Shown: piece after piece, positions 18,799 to 28,092 of the stretch
Layout: each line of letters opens with the position of its first letter
Numbering within the stretch: position 1 is the first letter of the stretch
Assembly: GCA_965228895.1 (NCBI GenBank)
Contig: OZ245842.1
Coordinates: 3,392,001-3,456,000 of the forward strand
Length of the DNA stretch: 64,000 bases
Direction: 5' to 3'
DNA from: Alphaproteobacteria bacterium
GTDB lineage: Bacteria; Pseudomonadota; Alphaproteobacteria; SP197
Translations under genes and position numbers: made by a program
The notes under the pieces: generated by a model
What the model saw: the letters and a program-made list of their open reading frames with translations, nothing else
Databases searched by the model: none
Told to the model about the DNA's origin: nothing

Positions 18799-20469
18799 TC
18801 AGCGCCAGCCCGCAACCGAAAGACCCGAGCCGTAGTTTCCCGCGTCCTCCAGCACCATGGCCGCGCCCTTCATGCCGATCATCATGGACGGCACGTTCAA
18901 GCCGCCGGTAACGACGACCGGCATGATGGAGCTGTCGATCACCCGTAGGCCGTCGACGCCATGGACACGCAAGCGCGGATCAACGACCGCGTCATGGTCG
19001 ACACCCATCTTGCAGGTGCCGCAGCCATGGTGGTGGTTGGCGAAATAGGCGGCGGTGAACGCGTCGATCGCGTCGTCGCTCTGGACCTCCGGCCCCGGCG
19101 CGGTCTCCGGCCCGCGATAGGCGTCGAAAGCCGGCTGGGCATGCAGCGTGCGCGCCAGACGCAGTGCCTTGCGGTTCAGCACCCGGTCCGCCTCGTCGGT
19201 AAAGAAGTTGTTGGCGATGACCGGCGGGCTCTCCGGATCGGCCGAGCGCAGGCGCACGCTGCCCCTGCTTTTGGGATGCACCAACCCCCAGTGGATGTTG
19301 TAGCCGTGATGGCGCGGCTCATACGTTCCCTCCGCGTGCGCGTTGACCGCGACCGGAAAGATATAGAACTGCAGATCCGGCAGCGGCACACCCGGTGCGC
19401 TTTTCACAAGACCACTTGCCGCCATCGGAAAAAGCGAAAACGGTCCACGTGCGAGGACCAGCCATTCCAGCACCGCCAGCGCCGCCCAGGCGGGGTTCCG
19501 GTACCGGTAATAGGTGATGGGTTTGAGACAGTCATGCTGCACAAAGGAACCGATCTGGTCCTGCAGGTTGGCGCCGACACCCGCGAGGTCATGCACAACG
19601 TCGAGGCCGTGCTCCCGCAGATGCGTTGCCGGACCGATGCCCGACACCATCAACAGCTTCGGGCTCTGATAGGGCCCGGCGCTGACGATCACCTCGCGCC
19701 GCGCCTTCGCGATCTGCACAACGCCGCCCCAACGGTACCGCACGCCCATCGCGCGGTTGCCTTCAAACAGGAGCGTCTGGACGAGCGCGTGTTGGCGGAT
19801 CACCAGATTGCGTCGCCGCCAACGCGCCTTCATGAGGTGCGCGTAGGACGACGAACAGCGAAGCGCCGGCCAGTGATAATGGGTGTGCTGGCAGGGCGCG
19901 AAACCCTCGGGGTCTGCGCCGTTGAAGTCTGGACACAGGCGATAGCCCATCTGCCGACCGGCGTCGACAAAGGCGCTGAACAGCGGGTTGTCGTAGCGTC
20001 CGCGCGCGGTCCTCACCGGCCCGTCGGCGCCCCGATAGGCATCGCTGCCGCCCTCCCAGCTTTCCATTTGGCGGAACAGCGGCAACACGTCCTCGAACGA
20101 CCAGCCGGTGTTGCCCAGGCTCGCCCAGCGGTCGTAGTCGCCGGGGTGGCCACGGAAGCAGAGTTGGCCGTTGATGCTGGAGCTGCCGCCCAGGCACCGC
20201 CCGCGAGACAGCGTCAGCCGTTGGCCGCCCAGATGCGGCTCGGGCTCGCCGACGAAGGCCCAGTCCCAGCGCGTTTCCAGAAGCTGCGTCTCGCCGACCG
20301 GCGCGGCGATGAAGGGGTTGAGATCGCTACCGCCGGCTTCCAACAGCAGCACCGTGTACTTGCCCGAGGCCGAGAGTTTCTCCGCCAGCACACAGCCCGC
20401 GCTGCCGGCGCCGACGATGACGAAGTCGAACGCCTCCTCGGCACGGCTCTCTTGGCGCGGTAACGGCAC
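18799..20469 (-). CDS. GMC oxidoreductase (choline dehydrogenase-like)
   Basis: GAGSAG, GRCLGGSSSING, GVGANLQD, HGCGTCKMG. Confidence 0.93.
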   Translation of the reverse strand: MPLPRQESRAEEAFDFVIVGAGSAGCVLAEKLSASGKYTVLLLEAGGSDLNPFIAAPVGETQLLETRWDWAFVGEPEPHLGGQRLTLSRGRCLGGSSSINGQLCFRGHPGDYDRWASLGNTGWSFEDVLPLFRQMESWEGGSDAYRGADGPVRTARGRYDNPLFSAFVDAGRQMGYRLCPDFNGADPEGFAPCQHTHYHWPALRCSSSYAHLMKARWRRRNLVIRQHALVQTLLFEGNRAMGVRYRWGGVVQIAKARREVIVSAGPYQSPKLLMVSGIGPATHLREHGLDVVHDLAGVGANLQDQIGSFVQHDCLKPITYYRYRNPAWAALAVLEWLVLARGPFSLFPMAASGLVKSAPGVPLPDLQFYIFPVAVNAHAEGTYEPRHHGYNIHWGLVHPKSRGSVRLRSADPESPPVIANNFFTDEADRVLNRKALRLARTLHAQPAFDAYRGPETAPGPEVQSDDAIDAFTAAYFANHHHGCGTCKMGVDHDAVVDPRLRVHGVDGLRVIDSSIMPVVVTGGLNVPSMMIGMKGAAMVLEDAGNYGSGLSVAGWR

Positions 20470-20498
20470 GGCGTAGCGTCGATGTCAGCGGCGCGCGG

Positions 20499-21767
20499 TC
20501 AGCGTTTGATGATGACCTCGCGGCTCAGGTTCGAGAACCGCTCGCAGCCCGTCTCCGTCACCACGATCGATTCGGAAAACCCGATGCCGAACTCCCGGTA
20601 CTTCAGACACAGCGGCGGCATGTGAAAGGTCATGCCGGGCTCCAGCGGCCGGTGTTCCTCCTGGCGCAGCGAGATGATCTCGCCCTCGCCCCAGTCGGGC
20701 GGATAGCTGACGCCGATCGAGTAACCCAGCCGGTTGCGGTGATAGTCGCCGAAACCCGCCTTTTGCGTCACCGCCCGCGCGGCGGTGTCGGCCTCGTGCG
20801 GCGTCGCGCCCGGCTTGATCGTCTCCAGCGCGGCCTCGACCGCGCCGATGCAGGCCTCGGCCGCGCGCACCCATTCGTCCTTCGGATTGCCGACAAAGAT
20901 CGTGCGCATCAGCGCCGCGGTATAGCGGTGCTTCGACGCCGAGATCTCGAAATACATGAGGTCGTCGTCGGCGAGCCGGTTGGCGCCGCCGGTCTGGTGC
21001 GGCAGACAGGAGCGTTCGCCCGCCAGGACGAAAGGCGGCAGCCCCATGTATTCGCCGCCATTTTCGAACAGCGTCTTGTTGACGACGGCGTTGATGTCGT
21101 CGCCGCTGGCGCCGGGACGGGTCGCGTCCCAGCCCGCCTCCATAGCAAGATCGACAAGGTGCGCGGACTTGCGCATCACCGCGACTTCCTCATCCGACTT
21201 CACCATGCGCGTATCCCACAGGATCTCGGTCGCATCGACATAGGTGTTGTCCGGCAGATCGGCGAGCAGGGTCTCGTGTTCATCGACCGTATAGAAGAAC
21301 CCGTGCTTTTCGACGCCGATGCGTTTGCCGGTATCCAGACCCAGTTGGCGCAGCACGTTGACCGTGACGCTGGGCGGGTGGTCCCAGTCATAGACCTTGG
21401 CGATCTTCGTGCTCCAGGCGAACTCCGGCGAGTTGATCCATTCGAAGTCGCGCAGCAGAAACACCGGTTCGCCGTCCTTCGGCACGACGACGCAGTGGTA
21501 CTTGTAATAGCCCGGCGTCTCGTAGCCGCTGAAATACGTGATGTTTTCGGGGCTGCGGACGAGCAGAGCGTCCAGATCGTGCTTGGCCATCGCCGCGCGG
21601 ATGACGTCATAGCGGCGGATGTATTCCTCCGGCGAAAACGCCAGGCGGTCGTGCACGATCATCGGCAGCTCGTAACCGGACTCCGTCCGCCGCGTCGTCC
21701 TCTGGAACGTGACGTGTTCGGTGTGGTCGGCGACGTCGAAAATCTCGCGGTCATTGTCGAGAGCCAT
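20499..21767 (-). CDS. M24 family hydrolase (ectoine hydrolase EutD/DoeA / creatinase-like)
   Basis: ENITYFSGY, VKSDEE, LPHQT, FEIS, GYSIGVSYPPDWGE, GMTFH. Confidence 0.85.
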   Translation of the reverse strand: MALDNDREIFDVADHTEHVTFQRTTRRTESGYELPMIVHDRLAFSPEEYIRRYDVIRAAMAKHDLDALLVRSPENITYFSGYETPGYYKYHCVVVPKDGEPVFLLRDFEWINSPEFAWSTKIAKVYDWDHPPSVTVNVLRQLGLDTGKRIGVEKHGFFYTVDEHETLLADLPDNTYVDATEILWDTRMVKSDEEVAVMRKSAHLVDLAMEAGWDATRPGASGDDINAVVNKTLFENGGEYMGLPPFVLAGERSCLPHQTGGANRLADDDLMYFEISASKHRYTAALMRTIFVGNPKDEWVRAAEACIGAVEAALETIKPGATPHEADTAARAVTQKAGFGDYHRNRLGYSIGVSYPPDWGEGEIISLRQEEHRPLEPGMTFHMPPLCLKYREFGIGFSESIVVTETGCERFSNLSREVIIKR

Positions 21768-21897
21768 GGCGGTGCACTCCGTTCTCCAGGTGATCCGGCC
21801 ATGCTAGGCGGCTGCCAGCCCGCCACGTATTGCCATCGGTCTACATTTACTTTTAGGATTCTCAAACTAACAGGGTCATTCAAGGAAGGTTTCCGCC

Positions 21898-22812
21898 ATG
21901 CAACGGGTCTCCGATGTCGACCTGCGTCTTCTGCGCGTCTTTGTCGCCGTTGCCGATGCCGGCGGTTTCGCGGCGGCGAGCGCGCATCTCAACGTCTCCG
22001 TTTCGACCATCTCGATTCACATGACGAATCTGGAAACCCGGCTGGGCATGCGCCTGTGCGAGCGCGGGCGCGGCAGGTTCAAGCTCACCGAGCGCGGCCG
22101 GCTGGTCTACCGCGAGACCATGTCGATGCTGAAGTCGCTCGATGACTTCGCCGGCACGCTCGCCGGCGTCAAAAGCATGCTGGCGGGCCGGCTCGCCATC
22201 GGCATTTCCGATGCGCTGGTCAGCCACCCCAACTTTTCGATCAGCGACGCCATCCGCCGCTTCAACGCGATCGACAACGACGTCCAGGTCGAGCTGGTCG
22301 TCGCCGCCAAGCAGAACCTGGAGCACGACGTGGTCGACGGGCGCATCCACATGGCGATCGGCCCCTTTGTGCGCAACAAATCGGGCCTTGCCTTCACGCC
22401 GCTGTTCCGCGAAGCCCACGACCTCTACTGCGGCACCGGCCACCCGCTCTTCAAAGCCACCAAACGCCAGGCCGAAAAGGCCGACCTTTCCCAGCACCGC
22501 GCGGTCGTGCGCCTCTATCATCAGGAGTTCGACCTCGCCCGGCTCGGTGTGGTGCGCGAAGCGGCGACCGTCAACAGCATGGAAGGCATGCTCTCCCTGC
22601 TGTTGTCGGGCGGCTATATCGGCTACCTGCCGCACCACTACGCCGGCCCCTGGGTCGAGGCCGGCCGTCTGGCGCCCGTAAGAAAGAACGATATGACCTA
22701 TGAGTCCCAGCACGGCCTGATCACCAAGCCGGGCAAGCGTCATTCGCTGGCCCTCGACACCTTCGTGGCGATCGTCCGCGACCAGCCGGCGGCCAAAACC
22801 AAGGCCGCGTGA
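21898..22812 (+). CDS. LysR family transcriptional regulator
   Basis: DLRLLRVF..GGFAAAS..LETRLGMRLCERGR HTH; divergent from the M24 gene. Confidence 0.93.
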   Translation: MQRVSDVDLRLLRVFVAVADAGGFAAASAHLNVSVSTISIHMTNLETRLGMRLCERGRGRFKLTERGRLVYRETMSMLKSLDDFAGTLAGVKSMLAGRLAIGISDALVSHPNFSISDAIRRFNAIDNDVQVELVVAAKQNLEHDVVDGRIHMAIGPFVRNKSGLAFTPLFREAHDLYCGTGHPLFKATKRQAEKADLSQHRAVVRLYHQEFDLARLGVVREAATVNSMEGMLSLLLSGGYIGYLPHHYAGPWVEAGRLAPVRKNDMTYESQHGLITKPGKRHSLALDTFVAIVRDQPAAKTKAA

Positions 22813-22897
22813 GGGCTCGCGACCCGTCCGTCAACTTGGTTTCAGAGGTGTAGAAGTAAGAAGGCAAAGGTATCGCTCTCCCGCCCTCGCCTTCCGC

Positions 22898-23938
22898 TTG
22901 CCCGAGGTCGGCGTTAGACTGGTCTTCACACTGCCGGATGGAGTCGTCGTGGTTGCCAACACCCAGGAAACGTCGCCGGAGCCCGCGAACACGAACCAGG
23001 CCGCCGGCCTCACCGTCGAGCCGCTCGACAGCGCGGCCTTTGGCGCGATGGTGCGTGGCCTTGATGCGGGCGCCATCACCAACGACCAGAAGGCGGCGAT
23101 CTGGCAGGCCTATAAGGCCGCGCATGGGCTCTTGTGTTTTTCCTTCGACCGGCTCCTGGAGCGCGAGGAGTTGCACGCGCTGACCGCCATCTTCGGCGAG
23201 AACGAGTACGCGCCGGGCGTCGTCAACGGCATCGGCAAGCGCGCCCTGCCCGGCGAGGAAGACCAGTCCGTCGAGGAACAGCTCGCCGCCGTGCGCGCCC
23301 GCGGCGAGGACCCGTTCATCTCCTATATCGGCAACCTGAACCCCGCGACGCTGAAGCGCGAGGCGACTGACCCGAACTTTTTCGGCGAATGGGAATGGCA
23401 CACCGATATGTCCTATATCGACGTGCCGCCAACCTTCAGCCTGCTGCACGCACGCCAGATTCCCGCTGAGGGCGGCGATACCGGTTTCTGCAGCCAGGTC
23501 ATGGCCGCGCGCCACCTGCCCGACGATCTGCGCCGCAGGATCGAAGGCCGCCGGCTGAAACACGATTCCACATACAGCAGCAACGGCACGTTGCGGCCGG
23601 GCATGACGGTGCCCGCCTCACCCATCGAGGCCGAGGGCGCAGTCCATCCGATTCTGCGCACCGTCCCCAGCACCGGCGAGGAAGCGCTCTACCTCGGCCG
23701 GCGCACCAACGCCTATATCGTGGAGATGCCGCTTGCCGAGAGCGAGGCGCTGATCGATGCGCTCTGGGCGCACGCAGCCCAGGACGCGTTCTGCTACCGC
23801 CACCACTGGCGCGAGGGCGAGGTCGTCGTCTGGGATAACCGCATGCTGCTGCACAAGCGTTTTCCCGTCGACGAGAGCCTCGACCGCTTCATGTGGCGCA
23901 CCCAGACCAAAGGCGAAGCCGTCGTCGCCGCCGGCTGA
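22898..23938 (+). CDS. TauD/TfdA family 2-oxoglutarate dioxygenase (start uncertain)
   Basis: WHTDMSY, GGDTGF, HPILRT, WDNRMLLHKR. Confidence 0.9.
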   Translation: MPEVGVRLVFTLPDGVVVVANTQETSPEPANTNQAAGLTVEPLDSAAFGAMVRGLDAGAITNDQKAAIWQAYKAAHGLLCFSFDRLLEREELHALTAIFGENEYAPGVVNGIGKRALPGEEDQSVEEQLAAVRARGEDPFISYIGNLNPATLKREATDPNFFGEWEWHTDMSYIDVPPTFSLLHARQIPAEGGDTGFCSQVMAARHLPDDLRRRIEGRRLKHDSTYSSNGTLRPGMTVPASPIEAEGAVHPILRTVPSTGEEALYLGRRTNAYIVEMPLAESEALIDALWAHAAQDAFCYRHHWREGEVVVWDNRMLLHKRFPVDESLDRFMWRTQTKGEAVVAAG

Positions 23939-23962
23939 CCCACGCCGGCATCAAGCGCAAAC

Positions 23963-24994
23963 CTAACGTACGATCAAACAGCTGCACGGCGCCGTGTGGT
24001 TCACCTTGTAGGACACGCTGCCGGCGAAGACGCCTTCGACGGCGCCCAGGCCGCGGCTGCCCATGGCGATCATGTCGACCTTGCGGCGCCGGGCGACGTT
24101 GACGATCGTGCGCGCGGGATCGCCCTCGCGCAGCACCAGCTTCGGCACCGGCGCGCCCTTGGCCTCGGCGGCACGGCGCGCACTCTCCAGGACATACTCG
24201 CCGACCTCCTTGAACGTGCGTTTCGACACGACCGGCGGAAACAGACCGCTGCTCAAGCTCTCGGCGACCGGATGGCGCGCGGGGTCGAGTTCCTCGCGCG
24301 CGATGGCGCTCAGCTTGTCGATGTCGACCGAGGCGCGTAGGTGTTCCAGCGATGGGCCGCGCCAGATCGCATAGAGCACGACCAACTCGGCGCCGTACTT
24401 GGCGGCGATGTCGCTTGCCAGATCGACCGCCCTGCCGGCCGCGTCCGAACCGTCGGTCGGCACCAGGATGGAGCCGACACCGTCAAGCGGCGGTTGGCCG
24501 GCGCGCCGGTTGACGGTGACGCACGAACACGGCGCGGTGTGGAAGACCTTGTGTGACACGCTGCCCAGAACCAGGCCCTTCAGGGTGCCAAAACCGCGGC
24601 TGCCCATGACGATAAGATCGGCGGACCGCTCCCTGGCGAGCTGTATGATCCGATCACCGGGATCGCCCGCCTCAAGGACCGTCTCGGCGCGCTTGACGCC
24701 CTTGACCTCGGCCGCCTCGCGCGCTTTGCGCAACATGACGTGCCCCATGTATTCGAGGCCGCGCAGGAACTGCGGCTGATAGGTCGGGATGCCCGTCACC
24801 TCGCCGCTCGCCTCGACCTCCTCAAGCTCGCGCTCGGCTTCATTCAAAAGGTCCTCCGGCACGTCATCGTTGCCGTCGCCGACATGCAGCATAAGCAGTT
24901 CGGCGTCGTAGCGCGCGGCCAGATCGATGCCCAGGTCCAGCGCCATCTCGGCGTGTTTCGAACCGTCGATCGGTGTGACGATGGTGCGGATCAT
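23963..24994 (-). CDS. Tandem universal stress protein
   Basis: Two USP domains, each with P.DGS and MGSRG..G...GSVS.KV. Confidence 0.93.
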   Translation of the reverse strand: MIRTIVTPIDGSKHAEMALDLGIDLAARYDAELLMLHVGDGNDDVPEDLLNEAERELEEVEASGEVTGIPTYQPQFLRGLEYMGHVMLRKAREAAEVKGVKRAETVLEAGDPGDRIIQLARERSADLIVMGSRGFGTLKGLVLGSVSHKVFHTAPCSCVTVNRRAGQPPLDGVGSILVPTDGSDAAGRAVDLASDIAAKYGAELVVLYAIWRGPSLEHLRASVDIDKLSAIAREELDPARHPVAESLSSGLFPPVVSKRTFKEVGEYVLESARRAAEAKGAPVPKLVLREGDPARTIVNVARRRKVDMIAMGSRGLGAVEGVFAGSVSYKVNHTAPCSCLIVR

Positions 24995-25187
24995 GCAAGT
25001 CTCCAATCCTGACGTGTTGGCAACGAACGTCTGCGGCGCCCGGCATCGGATCAAGACGTCCGCGCGGCGCCATGGCAGAATGGCGCGACCGACCAGACAT
25101 CGACGCGGTCGCAGACGCCCAGGCGTTTCCAACAACGCCTATCCCAACAGAACACGACAAGCTTAGGACGCCGAGGCCGCGGTTACG

Positions 25188-25201
25188 TTGATCTACGTCA
25201 A
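25188..25201. promoter_or_regulatory. FNR/FixK binding site
   Basis: TTGAT-CTAC-GTCAA between divergent USP and ADH genes. Confidence 0.7.
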
Positions 25202-25316
25202 CACCGCACGGGCCGGCCACTCTCTCGCTTTTCCCGGTTGACCCTGCCGATCGATGTTGTTTGTGTCTGATCTGCTACAAACATGCGCGGCCTCAAGCGG
25301 ATAGAGGGTGACCATC

Positions 25317-26303
25317 ATGCGCGCCATGCGACTCCACGAGAAAGGCAGCGGCCAGGTGACCGCCGATGAGGTGCCGAGGCCAGACCCCGAGCCCGGTCAG
25401 GTTCGCGTCCGGGTGAAAGCGTGCGGCGTATGCCGGACCGACCTGCATGTCGTCGACGGCGAACTGCCCGATCCAAAACTGCCCATCGTTCCCGGCCACG
25501 AGATCGTCGGCACGGTCGACAAGAAGGGCGATGGCGTCGAGGACCTCGACATTGGTCAGCGTATCGGCATTCCCTGGCTCGGTTTTTCGTGCGGAAAGTG
25601 TCCGTACTGCCGGCGCGGCCAGGAGAACCTGTGTCCCGACGCCCGCTATACGGGCTATCAGATCGACGGTGGTTATGCCGACTACTGTGTCGCCGATGCG
25701 CGCTACTGCTTTCCGTTGCCTGACGGTTATTCGGACGAGGCCGCGGCGCCGCTGCTGTGCGCCGGCCTGATCGGTCATCGCGCCTACCGCATGGCGGGCG
25801 ACGCGACGCGGCTCGGCGTCTACGGTTTTGGCGCCGCCGCCCACATCATGTGCCAGGTCGCCTGTTGGGAGGGCCGGCAGGTCTTCGCCTTCACTCGGCC
25901 GGGCGACAATGAAGCGCAGGACTTCGCCCGCGATCTCGGCGCAGTCTGGGCCGGCGGCTCCGGCGAAGCGCCGCCCGAGCCGCTCGACGCCGCCATCATC
26001 TTCGCCCCCGTCGGGCCACTGGTACCCGAAGCCCTGACCCGCGTCGCACCCGGCGGTGTCGTGGTCTGCGCCGGCATCCACATGAGCGACATCCCGAGCT
26101 TTCCCTATCGCATTCTCTGGCAGGAACACATCGTGCGATCGGTCGCCAATCTGACCCGGCGCGATGCCGAGGAGTTTTTGGCGCTCGCACCAAAGGTGCC
26201 GGTCAGGACGCACACCAAACCCTACCCGCTGAGCGAGGCCAACCAAGCGCTCGACGATCTGCGCAGCGGCCGCCTGCAAGGCGCGGCCGTTCTTACCACC
26301 TAG
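25317..26303 (+). CDS. Zinc-binding alcohol dehydrogenase family protein
   Basis: CGVCRTDLH, GHEIVG, structural CxxCxxC...C, GFGAAAH. Confidence 0.93.
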   Translation: MRAMRLHEKGSGQVTADEVPRPDPEPGQVRVRVKACGVCRTDLHVVDGELPDPKLPIVPGHEIVGTVDKKGDGVEDLDIGQRIGIPWLGFSCGKCPYCRRGQENLCPDARYTGYQIDGGYADYCVADARYCFPLPDGYSDEAAAPLLCAGLIGHRAYRMAGDATRLGVYGFGAAAHIMCQVACWEGRQVFAFTRPGDNEAQDFARDLGAVWAGGSGEAPPEPLDAAIIFAPVGPLVPEALTRVAPGGVVVCAGIHMSDIPSFPYRILWQEHIVRSVANLTRRDAEEFLALAPKVPVRTHTKPYPLSEANQALDDLRSGRLQGAAVLTT

Positions 26304-26467
26304 GGTGCGTGTCCATTCGCCCGTTCGAACGACCAACGCAAGAAGATGCAGTGCGTACAGGCGGACCATGCGCGATCAGCCTTTCTAGCGCACGACAAGG
26401 ACTGGTCCGACCCTGTGCGGCATCAGGTTACGACCTTGGCCTCGCCACCGGTCGTGGCCGTCAACAC

Positions 26468-27886
26468 TTAACCTGGTGGTTGGGCGTCATCGGCATCGGG
26501 CGGATCGCCGATGACCAAGCGGTCGGCCTTGCCCATGCGCGCTGCCTTGCGCTCCAAGTTGGCAACGAAACGCACGTCGATGGCTGGTTCGCGCGCGCCC
26601 ATGCGCGCGAACATACCGCCATAGGCGTCGCGCAGCCGTGCAGCGAGCTGCTGTTGATCGACACCCGGTTCCGGCACCACATCCAGAACCAGCCTGTCAG
26701 CGTCGAAGGAGACGCGCGACTCGCGTAGCTGTGTATCGCCGTCGATCAGGTTCAAGAGCACCATGGGGGAAACACGCACCCAGCCGCCATCATGCGCCGG
26801 CACATCGATGATATCGCCACTGCGTCCGTCAATCCGTTCGATCAGAGGAAAGGGTCTGCCGCATGGACAGGGATCGGGACTGACGACCAGAAGATCCGAG
26901 GCCTCATAGCGGATCAGCGGCTGAACACGATTGTACAGGTTGGTGATCAGGACCCTGGAACCGGTTCGCCCCGGTTCGACCGGCTGATAGTCATCGTCGA
27001 CCACCTCGATGATGGCCTCGTCACTCAGGACATGCAGACCCTTGTGCGCACTACACTCGATGGCGGCGTTCGGCAGCTCGGTCAGGCCGTAGTGATCATA
27101 AGGCCTGCTGTGCCAGGCATCGTCGATGGTGTCGGCCATCGCCGGCGTCAGCAGCTCGCCATGGGTGCTGATGCATCGAGGCGCGATCTTGAGTTCGCCC
27201 GCCGACTGCGCACGGGCCAGGAGCACGGCCAAGGTGGGATAGGTTATCAGCACGTCGGGGCGGAAGACGTTCAGCGCGTCGACAAGATCGCCCAGCGGCT
27301 GAATCGCGCGCAGCCGCAGGAATGGAAACAGGCCGACATTGCTGGATTCGGTCATGCGCGCGGACACATGAACCGGGCCCGGCGCATCGATGGTGCAGAA
27401 ACGCAGGCTGCGCGGCCAGGTCGGCCAAAGCCCCATAAACGCCTGCCAACGAACCGCGCCGGCCAGCACATGACGCCAGGCCGGCCGGTCGAAGACAAAA
27501 ATACCGCGCCGGCCCGTCGTGCCCGCGGTGACCAGCGCGCGATAGTCGCCCAGATAGTAACGGTCGCTGGAGAGCTCTTTGAGATGCGCCCTCAGGTCGG
27601 CGAGCCGCAAACGCGAGTCGGTGACGATATTGTCGAAGTTTTCCATCACCCTGGCCTTGCCGATCACCGGAAGATCGGTCAGATGGATTTCGCCCGACAA
27701 GTCGAGCGGCGCGTAAAGCTCGCGATAAAAGGGCGCGTGGGCCGCCGCATGGCGCACGAGCGAGGCCAGCAGCCGCTGCTGGTGGGCGGCAAGGCGCGTG
27801 GGCGTCCACCGGTCATGGCGCAGCAGCGACGTCGCCAGCACCACGGCAAGCGCGATATCGACTGCGCGTTTCAGGCCACCCAGAAT
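26468..27886 (-). CDS. Phenylacetate-CoA ligase / coenzyme F390 synthetase-like adenylate-forming enzyme (start uncertain)
   Basis: APFYRELY, TAGTTGRRG, YGLTE, ITNLYNRVQPLIRYE..D, CPCGRPF..IDGR. Confidence 0.85.
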   Translation of the reverse strand: MLGGLKRAVDIALAVVLATSLLRHDRWTPTRLAAHQQRLLASLVRHAAAHAPFYRELYAPLDLSGEIHLTDLPVIGKARVMENFDNIVTDSRLRLADLRAHLKELSSDRYYLGDYRALVTAGTTGRRGIFVFDRPAWRHVLAGAVRWQAFMGLWPTWPRSLRFCTIDAPGPVHVSARMTESSNVGLFPFLRLRAIQPLGDLVDALNVFRPDVLITYPTLAVLLARAQSAGELKIAPRCISTHGELLTPAMADTIDDAWHSRPYDHYGLTELPNAAIECSAHKGLHVLSDEAIIEVVDDDYQPVEPGRTGSRVLITNLYNRVQPLIRYEASDLLVVSPDPCPCGRPFPLIERIDGRSGDIIDVPAHDGGWVRVSPMVLLNLIDGDTQLRESRVSFDADRLVLDVVPEPGVDQQQLAARLRDAYGGMFARMGAREPAIDVRFVANLERKAARMGKADRLVIGDPPDADDAQPPG

Positions 27887-27988
27887 GAGCGATCTCCTTC
27901 GCCGCCATGGCCGGTCGTACTGGCAATGGTCACTGCCGCGACCGCGGCCAAGCAGCCGCCACACTCAGGCTGGTGCAACGGTCATGCA

Positions 27989-28002
27989 TTGACACAACGC
28001 AA
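27989..28002. promoter_or_regulatory. Candidate FixK2-type box
   Basis: TTGA-CACAAC-GCAA matches TTG(A/C)-N6-(T/G)CAA between divergent genes; the TTGACA could alternatively be a -35. Confidence 0.45.
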
Positions 28003-28092
28003 TTCAAACGCAACTTGAGACGGTGAGGCGCCGGCAAGACCGGCGATTTCCTGGGGAGTTTCCCCCTTGAAACCGCGGAGGCAGGCCCATTG

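Noticed and set aside
18961-22145. Long plus-strand ORFs of 500 and 507 aa (likewise 28540-30084, 36086-37378 and 52358-53911 on the minus strand)
   Set aside because: Antisense shadows of well-supported genes, expected with high-GC codon bias; no motifs
26301-26415. Possible RIME/BRU-RS-like element (TAGGGT...ACCCT ends)
   Set aside because: Inverted ends are too short and degenerate, and no second copy was seen
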